Shown here piece by piece: positions 1-13,200 of a stretch of 64,000 nt of DNA. Under the pieces are notes generated by a model. It was not told the DNA's origin. It saw only the letters and a program-made list of their open reading frames with translations, and searched no databases. Origin of the DNA: Gordius albopunctatus (taxonomy: Eukaryota); the NCBI GenBank assembly GCA_964276515.1, contig OZ193909.1:15376001-15440000 (forward strand), given 5' to 3'. The position numbers were made by a program, and so were the translations under genes. Each line of letters opens with the position of its first letter. Position 1 is the first letter of the stretch.

Positions 1-157
1 GTGCATCTCCATGTATACTGCTTTTCGATCGTTGACCTTTAAACCATATTCAGCTAAGCGTTTTGACCACATTTCGGCTTCTTCGAATACTTTCGCCTTT
101 GTCTCTTTGCATAGTACTATGTATATCATCGGCATATAGACTACACTATGGCGATGG
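1..157 (-). mobile_element. RTE LINE reverse-transcriptase fragment (YADD region)
   Basis: Closely similar to 38315-38467 of the RTE copy; degraded around the YADD motif. Confidence 0.8.
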
Positions 158-834
158 CCGAGCGAGGAAGGTGACAGATATTTATGACAAAATAGAAGCC
201 AATTTGGAGCATCTACCTAATCAATGATTAAGTCTTGTGTAGAGATTATTTGTTCTTTCTATCTAAAAATTTCATCCTTCTAAGATAATTTGAATTAGAT
301 TTTTCTATGTGGTCGCATTAAGGTGATAGTACAGTACAGACGTCATCAAATTCAGAAGATTATTTCAAGCAACTTTTCTCCTATAAAATTGTGATATTTC
401 TTTGTTAATATGACATAATTAAATGCGAGCTATTATAATATAAAATATCTACCTTCGAAAAATCATAAATGTTTTGCGGACTGCAATCTGATTGCTAAAA
501 TCAGATGGTCTCATATGGAATGCGCAATAATAGGTTTCAGGAGATAACTAATTATTTAAATTTATGCGACAATTTGAAGTTAAACTTGACTGACAAGTTT
601 GTTTAAATGCGGGAGATTTTCAATCTTTTTAATAAACATTATAAGAAAAATTTCAAATATGTAAAAGCATTAATATTTCAAGGGTCGAAACCATGTCCCA
701 TATTATGAACACCATGCTACCAAACATTTTAGAAAAGGAAAGCCAATGTGCTTTGAATATAATAATTATGGTCTTCTTGTATAATATAGGCAAATATTTA
801 TAGTTATTAACTCGTAGAAATTGCTTTTATTAAA

Positions 835-1030
835 TCTGCTATTTGCCCGAGTTTACTGCTTGGGCAATCTGCTCAATGCCTGAACAGATTTTGCTGCTAC
901 GACTCGCCTCTCGAACATTTTTATATGCTACTGTTCTGCCTATTGCACCGAACAGCGAGCACTCATTGTGCTAACGAACATATTAAACAGCTCAGTGTGC
1001 GTGCTCGAGCAAAGCACATAGTAAGCATTG
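835..1030 (-). repeat. Dispersed repeat related to the interior of the MITE at 16701-16903
   Basis: Reverse complement matches ~16740-16850 (gagcacgcac..gttagcacaat..gtgctcgctgtt..gcataaaaaaatg). Confidence 0.7.
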
Positions 1031-1955
1031 TTCACACGAGCAATTTAAAAACTCATCACATCGTCAACACGGCTGCCAGACTTGAATAGCCGAGCGTCAC
1101 CCCTCATCCAAATATCTAAAGAAGCTGACCACCTTGTGTGACAAAAAGCTATTGGAAAATTAACTGTAACCTAACTATTGTAGTTATTGTGGAAAAGTGA
1201 CTTTGACAGTTCTACATAAGTCTTGCTATTAACAAGGAACAATTTAAGATAGACTATTAAAAGATTTAATTGCATAATGTGTGAGTGAGCTAAGTGGTGA
1301 CATAAATATGTCATTTAAATGAAAAAATTAATTAAGATGAAAGTTTTTTGCTATTTATATGGTCTTCGACTTGCGATTATGTTTTTTATAAGCTTTCATC
1401 CAGTTTCTTCAGCTTCATCAAATTATTTGTTAAAATTTTGACAAATTAAATAATAAAATAATTATAAGATATCGACATGGATTTGATCATATTTATCAGT
1501 GATTTTCAACAGAATATGCAAGAGGTCATAAGGATAAAATTATCCTAGCCTGATTTTAGGTGGATTTTTCTCAAGCCCATTAAAATACAATATGGCCTAA
1601 GTGCGAGCCACCTAGGAATATGTCCCATAATTTAAAATATTTAATAATAAATATTTTTTAAAGGTTATATTTACCTATTTCTAAAAGAAATAAATAGTAG
1701 ATAATCTTTTATGATTAGTCATGCGTTCATTCTCACTTAATAGTTTAGGGCTATTCCTCCTGCCGCAACCATTATTTTAGGATGGGCAGCGTTGGTCATG
1801 CACAATATTGGATGATCAAAAGAGGGCATTATTAACGAAGATTAATAACACGCGATGAAGCTACTTGTAAGTTCATAGATTTAAACTTTAATAAATTTTA
1901 ACATGTGAAATGACAACTTAGAGCAAATTTAATCCGGTTAAATATAGACTCAGTT

Positions 1956-4930
1956 CTTCTTCTTCTTTATCGTGTTGAAAATCCCACAGACGTGGGGTAC
2001 GTTTTCAGCAGCCTCTTCCATCTGAGTCGTGTGAATGCCATGCCAATTTCCATCTGTTTGACGTCCATATCCTTTTCGACCAGTCGTTTCCAGGTGGCAC
2101 GTGGTCTGCCCCTTCCTCTTCTTCCAGGCACGTCCATCTCCAGCGTTCGGCGTGTGACATCGTCTTTGTCTCTTCGTAATACATGGCCGTACCACCGCAG
2201 TCGATTTTCTCTTAAGAAGTCCTTCGTCGCTTGTATACCCATCTTTGTCATCAAGGATTCGTTCGTCATGCGATCCAGCTTGGTGTAGTCTAAGCTCCAT
2301 CGCACCATTCTCATTTCCGTGACTTGCAAGAGTTTCTTCTCCGCGGTGGTTACAGCCCATATTTCGCTCCCGTAAAGCAAGACCGGTCGCACGATGGTTT
2401 TGTACGCCTTGCTTTTCAACCAAATTGGTATCTTTTTGTCACACATGACACCGGAGATGCTGCGCCACTTGAGCCATGCTTTCTTGATCCTAGAGTAGAC
2501 TTCGGCGGTACATCCTCCCTCTTGATGTAATAGCGAGCCAAGATATGTGAACTTATCAACCTCCGTGTACCTTGGACCGTCAATTTTGTGCATTTGCGGA
2601 CTACCGCCCATCGTTTGCATGTAAACCGTTTTCTTCTCGCTGACCTTTAACCCGAATTCCGAGAAACGTTCTGACTATTTTTTCGCCTGATAAAAAACCC
2701 CTTCTCTTGTTTCATCGCATAGGACAATATCGTCGGCATATAGCATAGTCCAAGGGGCTGGCTTGTGCAAGTCCTTTGTTATTGTATCCATAATTAGATT
2801 AAACAAGAATGGGCTTAACGCTGATCCTTGATGTAGTCCGATCATTATTCAGAAGGGTTTCGTTACTCCTACGGTAGTCCTAACAGATGCAACCGCGCCA
2901 TTATACATTTCCTTGATAAGTCGAACATATCCTTCGGGTATATTTCTGGCTCTAAGGGACCACCATATTAAGTCTCTCGGAACCGTATCGTAGGCCTTTT
3001 CTAAATCGATGAAGACCTAGTGTAATTTCTTTCTTATGTCGCCATATTTTTCCATCGTCTGCTTCAACGCAAAGATTGGGTCCATCGTTGATTTACCGGC
3101 CACAAATCCAAACTGATTGGAGGAGAGACAAACTTCGTCATTGAGCCTTTTCACTAGCACCCTTTCTAGTAGTTTTAGTGAGTGGCAGGTCAACTTGATA
3201 CCTCTAAAGTTGCCACATTCCTGCGCGTCTCCTTTACCTTTGTATATGGGTATGATCGTACTTTCCCTCCATTGGTCAGAGATACGACTCTCATACAGCA
3301 TAGCGTTAAATAGGCCTGTAATTATGTCGATTCCTTCTCCTTTGCACCCAAGCCAAGCTTCGATCGGTAGATCATCGGGACCTAGCGCTTTTCCTTTCCG
3401 CATCTTCGTTAGTTGTGCTCCTATTTCATAAGCCTGAAATGGTAAAACCAAGTTCGAGTTCGGTTCCACCCTCTCTAGCGGTCTTCTATCATTCGTTTTG
3501 TTCATCATATTTTGGAAATAATCTTTCCATCTTTTGATGACTTCCTTCGGTTTGCACAACGTTCGTCCCTCTTCGCTTTTAATGACTTTAAGTGTCCCGA
3601 CATCTCGACTTTTTTTCTCCCTGATATTTGCGAGTTTATACATGACTATGTCGCCGCCCTTGGTATCGAGCTTGTTTGCCATCTCGGTGTAAGCGTCGTT
3701 CTTCGCTATCGCGACCGCTATCTTAGCTTTGCGTTTCGCTTCACGTTATGCCTCGTAGTCTTCTCCTTTCTTCGTTTTGTACCATCGTAGGTACAACGCC
3801 TTATTTTCTTCTATAACCTCTTTGACCGAGTCATTCCACCACCATAGTTCACGCTTGTGAGCTCTGCCGCCCTTAGTTCGTCCCAATATTTGAAAGGCCG
3901 TTTCCTTTAGAACATTTGCAACGGTGCCCCACCTTTTGTTAATGTCGCCCTCCAAGCCTGCAACCTTCAAGAGCGGAGTTGCTCGAGTGTGAAACATTTC
4001 ATTTGCATGATCATCCTTAAGCTTTTCGTACTTTGTCCTTGGTGTGTAGACTTTTCTCCTTACGGGAAAAATCTTTCTTGCTATATCGAAGACAACTGGC
4101 CGATGTTGTTTGGCGATTTCTTCCCCCGGTATAACCTTGCAATCTTTAACTTGCCACAAATATTTGCGCTTCACTAATATGTAGTCGACCTGTGTGCGGT
4201 GATTTCCACTACTGTACGTCGCTAAATGTTCGGTACGCTTCTGAAAGAAGGTATTCACAATGGCCATATCGTAAGCTTGCGCCATCTCTAGTAACTTCTC
4301 TCCCTCTTTATTTTTCACTCCATAGCCATGCCCGCCGTGATTTCGTTCGTACACGCCCCTTTCTTTCCCAACGTGCCCATTAAAGTCTGCTCCGATGATG
4401 AGATTCTCGTCAGGCTTCACGTAGCGTATTTCTTCTTCGAGCTTCTCATAGAATTCGTCCTTCTCGTTTTCGGAACATCCAACCTGGGGCGAATACGCAC
4501 AAATAACATTGACAAGGCCGCCTTGATCCGCCAGCTTTATGCACATCAATCTATCTGAGCATCGTTTGACTTCGACTACCTTGTCCTTGAAGGAATCGCT
4601 AAGCACTATACCGACGCTGTTCTTCCGTGATGGGGAACCCGAGTAGTATAGCTTGTAACCATCTCCTAGCTCCCTGGCTTTTGTTCCATGCCACCGCGTT
4701 TCTTGTAGACACGCTATGTGTATCCTTCGCCTTTTTAGCATCTGCGCAACCTCGATGCTCTTCCCCGTCAGCGTGCCCACATTCCAGCTAGCCACTCTTG
4801 TCCGTTCGACAACTAGGTTCCTTAACCGCCTTCGCTGTGAGTGAGGCGGTGACTCTTGTATACTTTTCACATTGCACGGGCGGATGATGCAATGCGCGTC
4901 GTTTGGGGAGGACGCCCTAGCATTCTGGTT
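1956..4930 (-). mobile_element. RTE-clade non-LTR retrotransposon, near full length, inactivated by 3 in-frame stops
   Basis: APE endonuclease (SWNVGTL, LQETRW, GADFNGH, VDYI) and RT ([20 protein letters not shown]) lie in one frame. (GAA)n tail at ~1954-1967. TSD TAGACTCAGTT at 1945-1955 and 4931-4941. Confidence 0.95.
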
Positions 4931-5830
4931 TAGACTCAGTTATATAACGATAAATTTTCGCCAAGATTTTGTGAAATAAACTCGAGTCATTATCATTATC
5001 CGATGATCCTATGACATAATTTGAAATAAAACAAAATTCATATAATTTTTTAACGAGTTTTATAGGAGCAGATAATTTAAACTCTCTAATTGTTAATGTG
5101 TGCCTCATTTTACCCATTGATTTCATAACTACAATGTTGTGCAATAATGTTTAAATTTATTAATAGTTCTACTGCGTTAACCATAAAAACTTACGAATAA
5201 AGTAAATAAGCATTAAGCTAGCCATTTATTTAAACATAGGCTTATCTCCTAAAATAGGCTTATAAGCTACATACTTGCTCCCTCCGCTTTGTTTCTGTTT
5301 AAGAGTAAACAAATTTAATATGTATATATTAGCTTCACCATCACCATCGTTTGCCCAAATAAGGCGAGCTATTTTTAATTGCTATAGTCTATTTTAGTTT
5401 TAGTCTATAATCGCCTTTAAGATAAACAAATGTAAATCTACTTCCTTTTTGCATTCTCTTTCGGTAAATTTCACAATTTGTAGTGCTACAAAATATTTTT
5501 TTAAACTAATAATCTATTTTAAATCCGCGAAACGATTCTATACAAATGCAATATCATATCTGGATTATTTTGTTTTGGATTTGTGGCATCGCTACAGGTG
5601 ACAGATTTAGTTAATTAAATTTAAATGAATATCATTAAGTTAAGTATGCTTTGCGCAAAATTTAATTAAATATTAAATGTCAAACTTTAATTTCAAGGAA
5701 ATTTTTATACTCTTAGAGCTATTGTGTCAACTAATAACTATCCAAAATCAGTATAGCTAGGCTCTTGAGCCTGGTACTTGTGCAATAGGCATAAATACGA
5801 CTGATTAAAATTGATTATAATCTCTGCTTT

Positions 5831-5993
5831 TATGGGCGTAGCTAGGGGGTAGAGAGGGGAGACCACTCCTATAAATCCAAAAATCCTTTAAATTTTAATA
5901 TATAAATATGGCTAAAATTTCAAAAAATTATCATTTTTCCCCTTCCTAAATCATTATTGTTCTCATCTAAATCCAATCCTGGCTACGCCTAAG
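5831..5993. mobile_element. Short hAT-type MITE (CATGGGCGTAGC-like TIR family)
   Basis: TIR-like ends tatgggcgtagc / gctacgcctaag. 8-bp TSD tctgcttt / cctgcttt. Related copies at ~6380-6530, 19138-19295, ~23720-23941 and 53088-53257. Confidence 0.7.
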
Positions 5994-6568
5994 CCTGCTT
6001 TAAAATATTTTTTAGGTATTAACAAAGGCAATCTAGATTATCATTTACAAGGGGGGGGGTGCAAAAAGTTTAATAATGATTTAAGGAGGGGCGACATGAT
6101 GATTTTTTGAAATTTTTAGCACAATTTTGTTAAAAATAAAAAATAAGTTTTATGGTAGAAAAACCTGTGCCTATTGCTTTAGTTTTTCAAAATTATTTCT
6201 TTAAATTCTTCATATCAATATTAACAAATCTTATAAAATTTTGGCGTTTGAGGATAAAATCTTCTAGTAAAAAACAATCACTCAATTTTACTCTTTTATA
6301 GCTTAAACAAGGCACTCTATATCTATAAATTAGTGAATTTTGTTCTAGCTTCATTTATTTGTTTACCTATCTACTACTCGCTTAGGTGTAGCCAAGGAGG
6401 GGTGCTAGGGGGGCAGGGAGGGGCGGCTGCTCCCTTTTAAATCCATTTTTTTTGAAATTTATTAAAATTATCGCTAAAATTTATAAAAATGATTATTTTG
6501 CTCCTCCCTTAATAATTATTGCCCCCCCCCTATACTAATCGCTTGTTTGTTAAACTATTAATTCAGCT

Positions 6569-8399
6569 TAGAGATCTGCACGGGCAGGCCAACGGGTGGG
6601 TACGGACGGGCTTTGTATCATAAAAATTTTAACGGGCCGGGCCCGGACGGGCTTAACAATTAATGGAAAGGGCTTGGGCGGGCCTGAGATTTTTTTAACG
6701 GGCTTGAACGGGCCTGACGTTTTATAAACGGGCCAGAAATTATATTAACGGTCATGGATTACAAAGGTTCTTAAATATATAAATATATGATTTTTATAAA
6801 ATATGATTATTAATTGCTCTATTCTTTTAACCTCTAATTTTTCTATATCCTGTAGCATTCATTCCTGTTTCAAGAGGTAAGACTTTAAAACATTTTTATT
6901 CTATTTGCTATAAATTTTTATTTACATAATTTAAGATTATAGCTTCGTATATTCTTTAATAATTAAGTTCAATTACTTAGTTACAATGCATCAAAATTAG
7001 AATTTTTGTTTTTAATTTTATCACAAATTTTAATGGTATAATTACAAGGCCATCTAATTTAATAAATATTTTTGTTCTAATCTAAAACTTAAGTGTATTA
7101 ACTGATATAAATTAATAAAATCAATGTAAACTACTTATTGAAAGTTGGATATTCTCATGTAGTTTAACTAGAGTATTTTAATTTAATGGTAATATTTTAT
7201 CTAACTTCTTAGGTGTATTAACTTAATTTATCAAATAAAAGAAAATTGTTGAAAGTGAAATATTATCATGTAATTTAAGTAATTTAATAGTAGTACTACA
7301 TTGAAATATTTTAGGTGTATTAACTGCAAAATAATTGATAATTTATTATTTTTACATGATAATTATTGATGTTTTGTTATGAATATGTCAAATAGAGATC
7401 TGCACTGGCAGGCCGCGGGCGGGTACGGTACGGATGGGCTTTGTATCATAAAAATTTCAACGGGCCGGGGCCGGAAGGGCTTAAAAATTAATGAAACGGG
7501 CTCGGGCGGGCCGGAGATTTTTTTAACGGGCTTGAACGGGCCTTACGTTTTATAAACGGGCTTGAACGGGCTAGAGATTATATAAACGGTCATGGATTAC
7601 AAAAGCTTAAAAGTCAGACAATTATATAAATATATGATTTTTATTGAATATATAGATTATTAATTGCTCTAATTTTTTCACCTCTGATTTTTGTATATCC
7701 TGTAGCATTCATTCCTTTTTCAAGCGCTAAATTTGGCTCTAAAACATTTTTATTTTGTTTGCTATAGATTTTCTTTTAAATAATTTGAGATTATAGCTTC
7801 GTATATTCTCTTATAATTAAGTTCAATTACTTAGTTACAATGCACCAAAATTTAAATTTTTGTTTTTAATTTATAAAATTTGATAAATATTTTTGTTTTT
7901 ATCTAAAACTTAGGTTTATTAGCTGATATTAATTATAATCAAATCAAGGTAAACTGCTTAATTTAAAGTTGAATATTATATTCTCATCTAATTTTATTAA
8001 AGTATTTTAATTTAATTGTAATATTCCAACTTCTTATATGTAATAACTTAAATTAATCAAATAAAAGTAAATGGTTGAAAGTGGAATATCTTGTGATTTT
8101 TTAAAGTAATTTATAGTACTATATTAAAATTTTTAGGTGTATTAACTGCAGAAATAATTAATGATTTATTATGTTTTATGAATATGTCAAAAAATAAAAT
8201 AAAATTTTGTGAAATTTTTGATGGGGCCGGGCGCAGAGTTCTTTAAAAAAATTTGAATGGGTTTTGCTGGGCCTGACATTTTTCTAAACGGGTAAGAACG
8301 GGTCTGGAAAATTTACGGGCGGGCTCGGACGGACCTTAAAGTTTTGAAAACGGGTACGGGCGGGCCAACCTTATCAAAACGGCCCGTTTCAGATCTCTA
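6569..8399. mobile_element. Non-autonomous hAT-type element with internal ~0.8-kb tandem duplication
   Basis: TIR TAGAGATCTG / CAGATCTCTA, perfect 8-bp TSD ATTCAGCT (6561-6568, 8400-8407), subterminal ACGGGC/GGGCC motifs. The left end recurs at 7394. Confidence 0.9.
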
Positions 8400-9744
8400 A
8401 TTCAGCTAATTAAAAGCAGCTTTATAAAGTTATAGAGGATTTATATTTTTTAAGTTATGGGGGGTGGGTACATTTATAATGAAGTTTGGGCAAAATTAAT
8501 TGCTCACTGACATGTTACAGGTTATAATTTTAAAAGGAATTAGACAGTCTAATTAGGCTATATATGTACCAATGACAGAAATGCTTTAAAAATGTACACT
8601 TCCTTTCTTTTTTCATTCAAGATTTTCCTACTTAAGCGCGTGTAAATTCTAACCCGTTAATTTTATAGAAAGGATCAATATGGTTGGCAAAATAACATAA
8701 AGCAGAAAAGTGGTGGCTCTAAGTAAAGCTCACTGCTCAACCAAATGACGACAACGTTTTAAATTCAAGACCTACTAAAATTAAACGCGCATATAAAAGG
8801 TGAATTATAACACGGTTCAACAAGAAAAATTAACCGACAAACTGTTTGCAGATTCTTGTATAGTTTTTTACGGTGAACACAAATATGTTTTTAGTTTTTT
8901 ACCTATAAGTCAAGTTTTTTAAATATTCGCTGTCAAAGTTGCTTAAAAACGCGATTTTAGCGTTTTTCAAACGTCAATAACTTGCAAATTAGTCGGTAAA
9001 AATTTTATTTAATAGATTTAATACGTAGATATAGGGGAGAGGAATGTATTTACAATTTTTTTTATCGTAGCACTTTTACTTTTTAAATTATATACAAAAT
9101 TAATTATCCCTACTATCTTTTACATTGACAAATTACACCAGATTTGAGGTCGCCCTCCCTTCTCTTCAACACTAGGAATTAAGTGCGTGTTGTTGTTTTG
9201 GTAATAGTAGTAGTAGAGTAGATAAAAACCAGGAAGCCATAACTTTCTAAGGACGGATAAAACTTGAGTAAATTAAAAAATCGATAAATGCGTTAGATTA
9301 AAATAAACCCCCCTATCCCTCTAGGCAAGGATATTGTTATATATGTCACTATGGATTCGTTGAAGACGAGCAACGAGAGGCGCGGCATTTACCAGGTGCG
9401 GGACGATAGCAAGTGAGAGACAAAATAAATCTAGGAAGAGTAACGGGAAGGACGCAAAGGAGAATAACAACTGGCGCGGGGCACACAAAGAGAGTATTAT
9501 CAGAGACAATAACAACTGGTGAGTGACAACTGGTGCAAGACACGAGAAGAAAAGAAGTGTATCCGAACGAAAGGGGGCATCGGCGAACATACATACAAGA
9601 ATTAATAAATTTTCTTGAATATAAACTCGTATTGTGGCATAATTTTTACTTGAAATAAAATATTTATCGGAAGTACGATTTATTCGAGGACGAATTATTC
9701 TCTGATCTAATTTTGGACGTACGATTTAGTCACGGACATAATAT

Positions 9745-9758
9745 TGGCGCCCAACGTG
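9745..9758 (+). promoter_or_regulatory. Primer binding site complementary to tRNA-Lys 3' end
   Basis: TGGCGCCCAACGTG 1 nt after the 5' LTR; matches the known tRNA-Lys(CUU)-type PBS TGGCGCCCAACGTGGGGC over 14 nt. Confidence 0.85.
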
Positions 9759-10069
9759 AAAAAAACCATTATTCGGGAAATCAAAAAATTGGGGAAAAAG
9801 TAAAGTGCGATACGAAGTCGGATACAGATAGGTAATTTTATGATAAAAATTTTGGGGTATTTAATAATAATAATTTGTATATTCTTAAATTGGGCGGAAA
9901 TTAAAAGGAAATTTTGTAGGATTGTGTTAAGCATCATTATTAGATTTCTAATCAACAATGTATATTAAACGTGAATATGTATGGGAATATTATATATATG
10001 TAATTGTTTTGTGTGTAGGTTTTCTATTAAATGTTTGCGTGTCATGTATTATGGCTGCTTTAAAAAAAA

Positions 10070-10246
10070 TGTGCGGCTTGTGAGGAGCGGAAGCGGAGTA
10101 GTAGCAATAATTTAAAGTGTTACAAATGCGGAGAGTTAGGCCATGGTATGAGGTCATGTCCGAGAGATAACCAGGGCCTTATATGTTTTATCTGTCGAGG
10201 GGAGGGGCACAGGTCGAGAGAGTGTCCTAGGCGAGTGGTGACATGA
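10070..10246 (+). CDS. Nucleocapsid-like double CCHC zinc knuckle (minimal gag remnant)
   Basis: Translates to CAACEERKRSSSNNLK-CYKCGELGHGMRSC-PRDNQGLI-CFICRGEGHRSREC-PRRVVT*; same frame as pol. Confidence 0.85.
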   Translation, partial: CAACEERKRSSSNNLKCYKCGELGHGMRSCPRDNQGLICFICRGEGHRSRECPRRVVT

Positions 10247-10291
10247 CTAATAGGGTGTGGAATTGGGTTTTGGCATGTTTTTAATTTTATT

Positions 10292-13200
10292 TTGTATATA
10301 AAAATATTTAATTTTGTTCTTGTTATGATTGTAAAAATGATATTTCTTTATATTTCATATATGTTTTGCATATTACGTTGGATAGGGCAGAAGTATTTAG
10401 ACCTAATTAGCTTAGAATTAAAATTGTATCGTTGTGTAGCGAGAGGGAGCTATAAATTGTGGCGAAGGGCGGTAATGGCGGGGTGTGGGGTTAAAATGGG
10501 GTTGGGATGGATGAGAAGGGAATGGGAAAAAAGATTAGTAAGAACCTATAACTATGTAAAAGTTGGGGCATTTGCGAATAAACAACCGTGTATCAAGGTC
10601 AAGTTGAATGGGGAAACACATCTAATGTTGGTAGATACTGGGTCCGCAATTACGATTATAAATAAAGAGGCATGGGTTACTTTAGGCAAGCCGAAATTAG
10701 ACATGAAGGGTACGGTTAACGTCCGCTTGTTAACGGGGCAAGAATTGAAAGTCTTAGGTAAATGCATGGTAACAGTTAGGCACGATAAGAATATAAAAAG
10801 GGCAGAGGTTTATGTCATGGACTGGAAGGCCATTAATATCGTGGGGTGGGAATGGATTGATGCATGGTCGAAAGAATTTAACTGGTGGGATTGGGTGAGG
10901 AAGAGTGAGATAGCATTAGAAGTGGTGTTTAAGGAAGGAGAGGGGGAGAGGGAGGATGGTTACGAGGTAAAAGAGTTGTTGCGGGAGTTTGAAACTGTTT
11001 TTGAAGACAGATTAGGACGGTGCAAAGGGGTAGAAGTAGAAATAGAATTAAAGGAAGGCGCTTTACCCAAGTTTTGTGGGGCGCGAAGGATACCATTCGA
11101 ATGGAAGGAGGAAGTGGGGATAGAATTGGAAAAATGGCTGAAAGAGGGGGTAATAAAGGAAGTCATGTCGAGTTATTGGGCGACACCTTTAGTGCCAGTA
11201 AGAAAGGCAAATGGGACATTAAGATTATGTGTGGATTTTCGGATAACGCTTAACCAATGCGTAAGGGATGTTAAGTACCCACTACCTCGGTTTGAGGAAA
11301 TTGTAGCACAGTTGAATGGCTGTCGATGGTATTCAAAGATCGATTTCGCCAGTGCTTATTTACAATTACCTGTTTCCGAGAAGACCAGTGGATATTTAAC
11401 CATAAATACGCACAAGGGTTTATTTGCGTTTCTGCGGTTGCCATTTGGGCTCAGTGTGTCGGCCCCGATATTCCAAATGACAATGGCTGCCATTTTTCGG
11501 GATCTGGAAGGGGTATTCTATTACATGGATGATGTGTTAGTAAGTGGTAGGTCAAAGGCGGAGCATAATGCTCGGTTATATGAAGTGTTAAGCAGAATTA
11601 AAGAGAGGGGTATGATAGTAAGCAGGGAAAAAAGTGTGTTTGCGGTGGAGGAAGTAACGTATTTGGGTCATGTATTAAAGGGAGATACGATAGAGCCGGT
11701 AGCTGACAGGGTGGAGGTTATCAGGAGTTTGAGGGTTCCGAATACGAAGAAGGAACTACAGAGCTTCTTGGGGATATTCAATTATTATAGTAAGTTTATA
11801 AAAGATTTTGCTCAGTTGGCAGCACCTTTATATAGCATGATACGGAGGAGGATAGATTTTAAATGGGACGAAAGTTGTCAGTATAGTTTTGAGCAGTTAA
11901 AGCAATCTCTGGCCGCTATGCCTGTATTAGTATGCTTTGACAATGAAAGGGAGACAAGATTGGCGGTAGATGCGTCGATGTTGGGTGTCGGGGGAGTATT
12001 ATTACAGCTGGAAGAAGGAGTAGAGAGACCCATTTTATATTTTTCACGGAAGTTAAGGGACTGCGAATTGCGATATTCGGTAATTGAGAAAGAGGCGTTA
12101 GCCATGGTATATGGAGTGGTAAGATGTAGGGAATACTTAATAGGTCGGACGTTTACCGTATATACCGATCATAAACCGTTAAGAGATTTATTTAAGAAGG
12201 ACAATAACCAGTTAATGCTGTCCCCGAGACTCCAAAGGTGGTTAATATTAATGGGAGGTTTTAATGTTAGCATCGAATATAGACCGGGAAAGATGAACTA
12301 TTTGCCGGATATTTTGTCGAGGTGGGTGCCCCATGAAAAGGATGAGAATGAAGGGACGAATAGTCAGGAATATAAAGAGGGTACAGGTGAGTACGAGAAC
12401 GTGGCGGCGCTTAGAGTGGAGATAAGGGGGCCCGTCTCGTGGGAGCAGATAAGAGATAACATGGTCGGGGATTTGATGTTACAGAAGGTGGTTGAATGTG
12501 TGCAAGGGAATAGGGAATGGGGCATGGAAGAAAGAGCATTTCGGAGAGTAAGAAAGGAGCTGCACTTGGTAGAAGGATGTATAATGAGGGGAGCACGAAT
12601 AGTAATACCGGAAAGTTTAAGGAGGGAGGCGTTAAAGGTAGTGCATGCGGGTCATCAAGGGATAAGTAAGATGAAACAATGGGCACGGGAGTATATGTGG
12701 TGGCCTGAAATGACCCAGGATATCGAAGATTGGGCCAAAGCATGTGAAGCTTGTAATGTAGTGGGGGATATGCCGAGGGGGAGAAGGAAGAGTAGATGGA
12801 AAGCGGCCGCTAGGGCTTGGGAGAGGGTACATCTAGACTTCTTTGAGTGGAGAGGCAAGGCGTTTTTATTGGTGGTAGACGCGTATTCTAAGTGGGTGGA
12901 ATTTTTTAAAGTAAGTAAAATGTCGGGAAGGGTGGTGATTGGCATTATGAAAGGATTGTTTGGAAAATATGGATTGCCCATAAGGGTTGTATCGGACGGA
13001 GGACCGGCCTTCATTAGTAAGGAGTTGAGCATATTTTTTATGGAGCAAGGGGTAAGACATGAAGTGATTGCGCCGTATTATCCGCAATCAAATGGCCAGG
13101 CAGAGAGAATGGTAGGAATAGTAAAAAGCTGGTTCAAAAAGGAGGAAGTGGGTGGGGGAGAATTATGGAAAATGCAAATGATATACAATAGTACCAGTAA

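Noticed and set aside
160..1900. Possible ancient LINE or host exons (e.g. a DFYDKIE-like peptide near 180)
   Set aside because: Too degraded; no consistent frame or splice pattern could be established.
1967..4870. Stop-codon reassignment suggested by three in-frame stops in an otherwise intact RTE ORF
   Set aside because: The stops replace different residues (about Tyr, Leu/Met and Trp by comparison with the other RTE copy), and host genes end in normal TAA/TAG/TGA. These are ordinary nonsense mutations.
9321..9594. Hydrophobic antisense ORFs repeated at 14880-15219
   Set aside because: They are the reverse translation of the purine-rich LTR; duplication reflects LTR identity, not coding.
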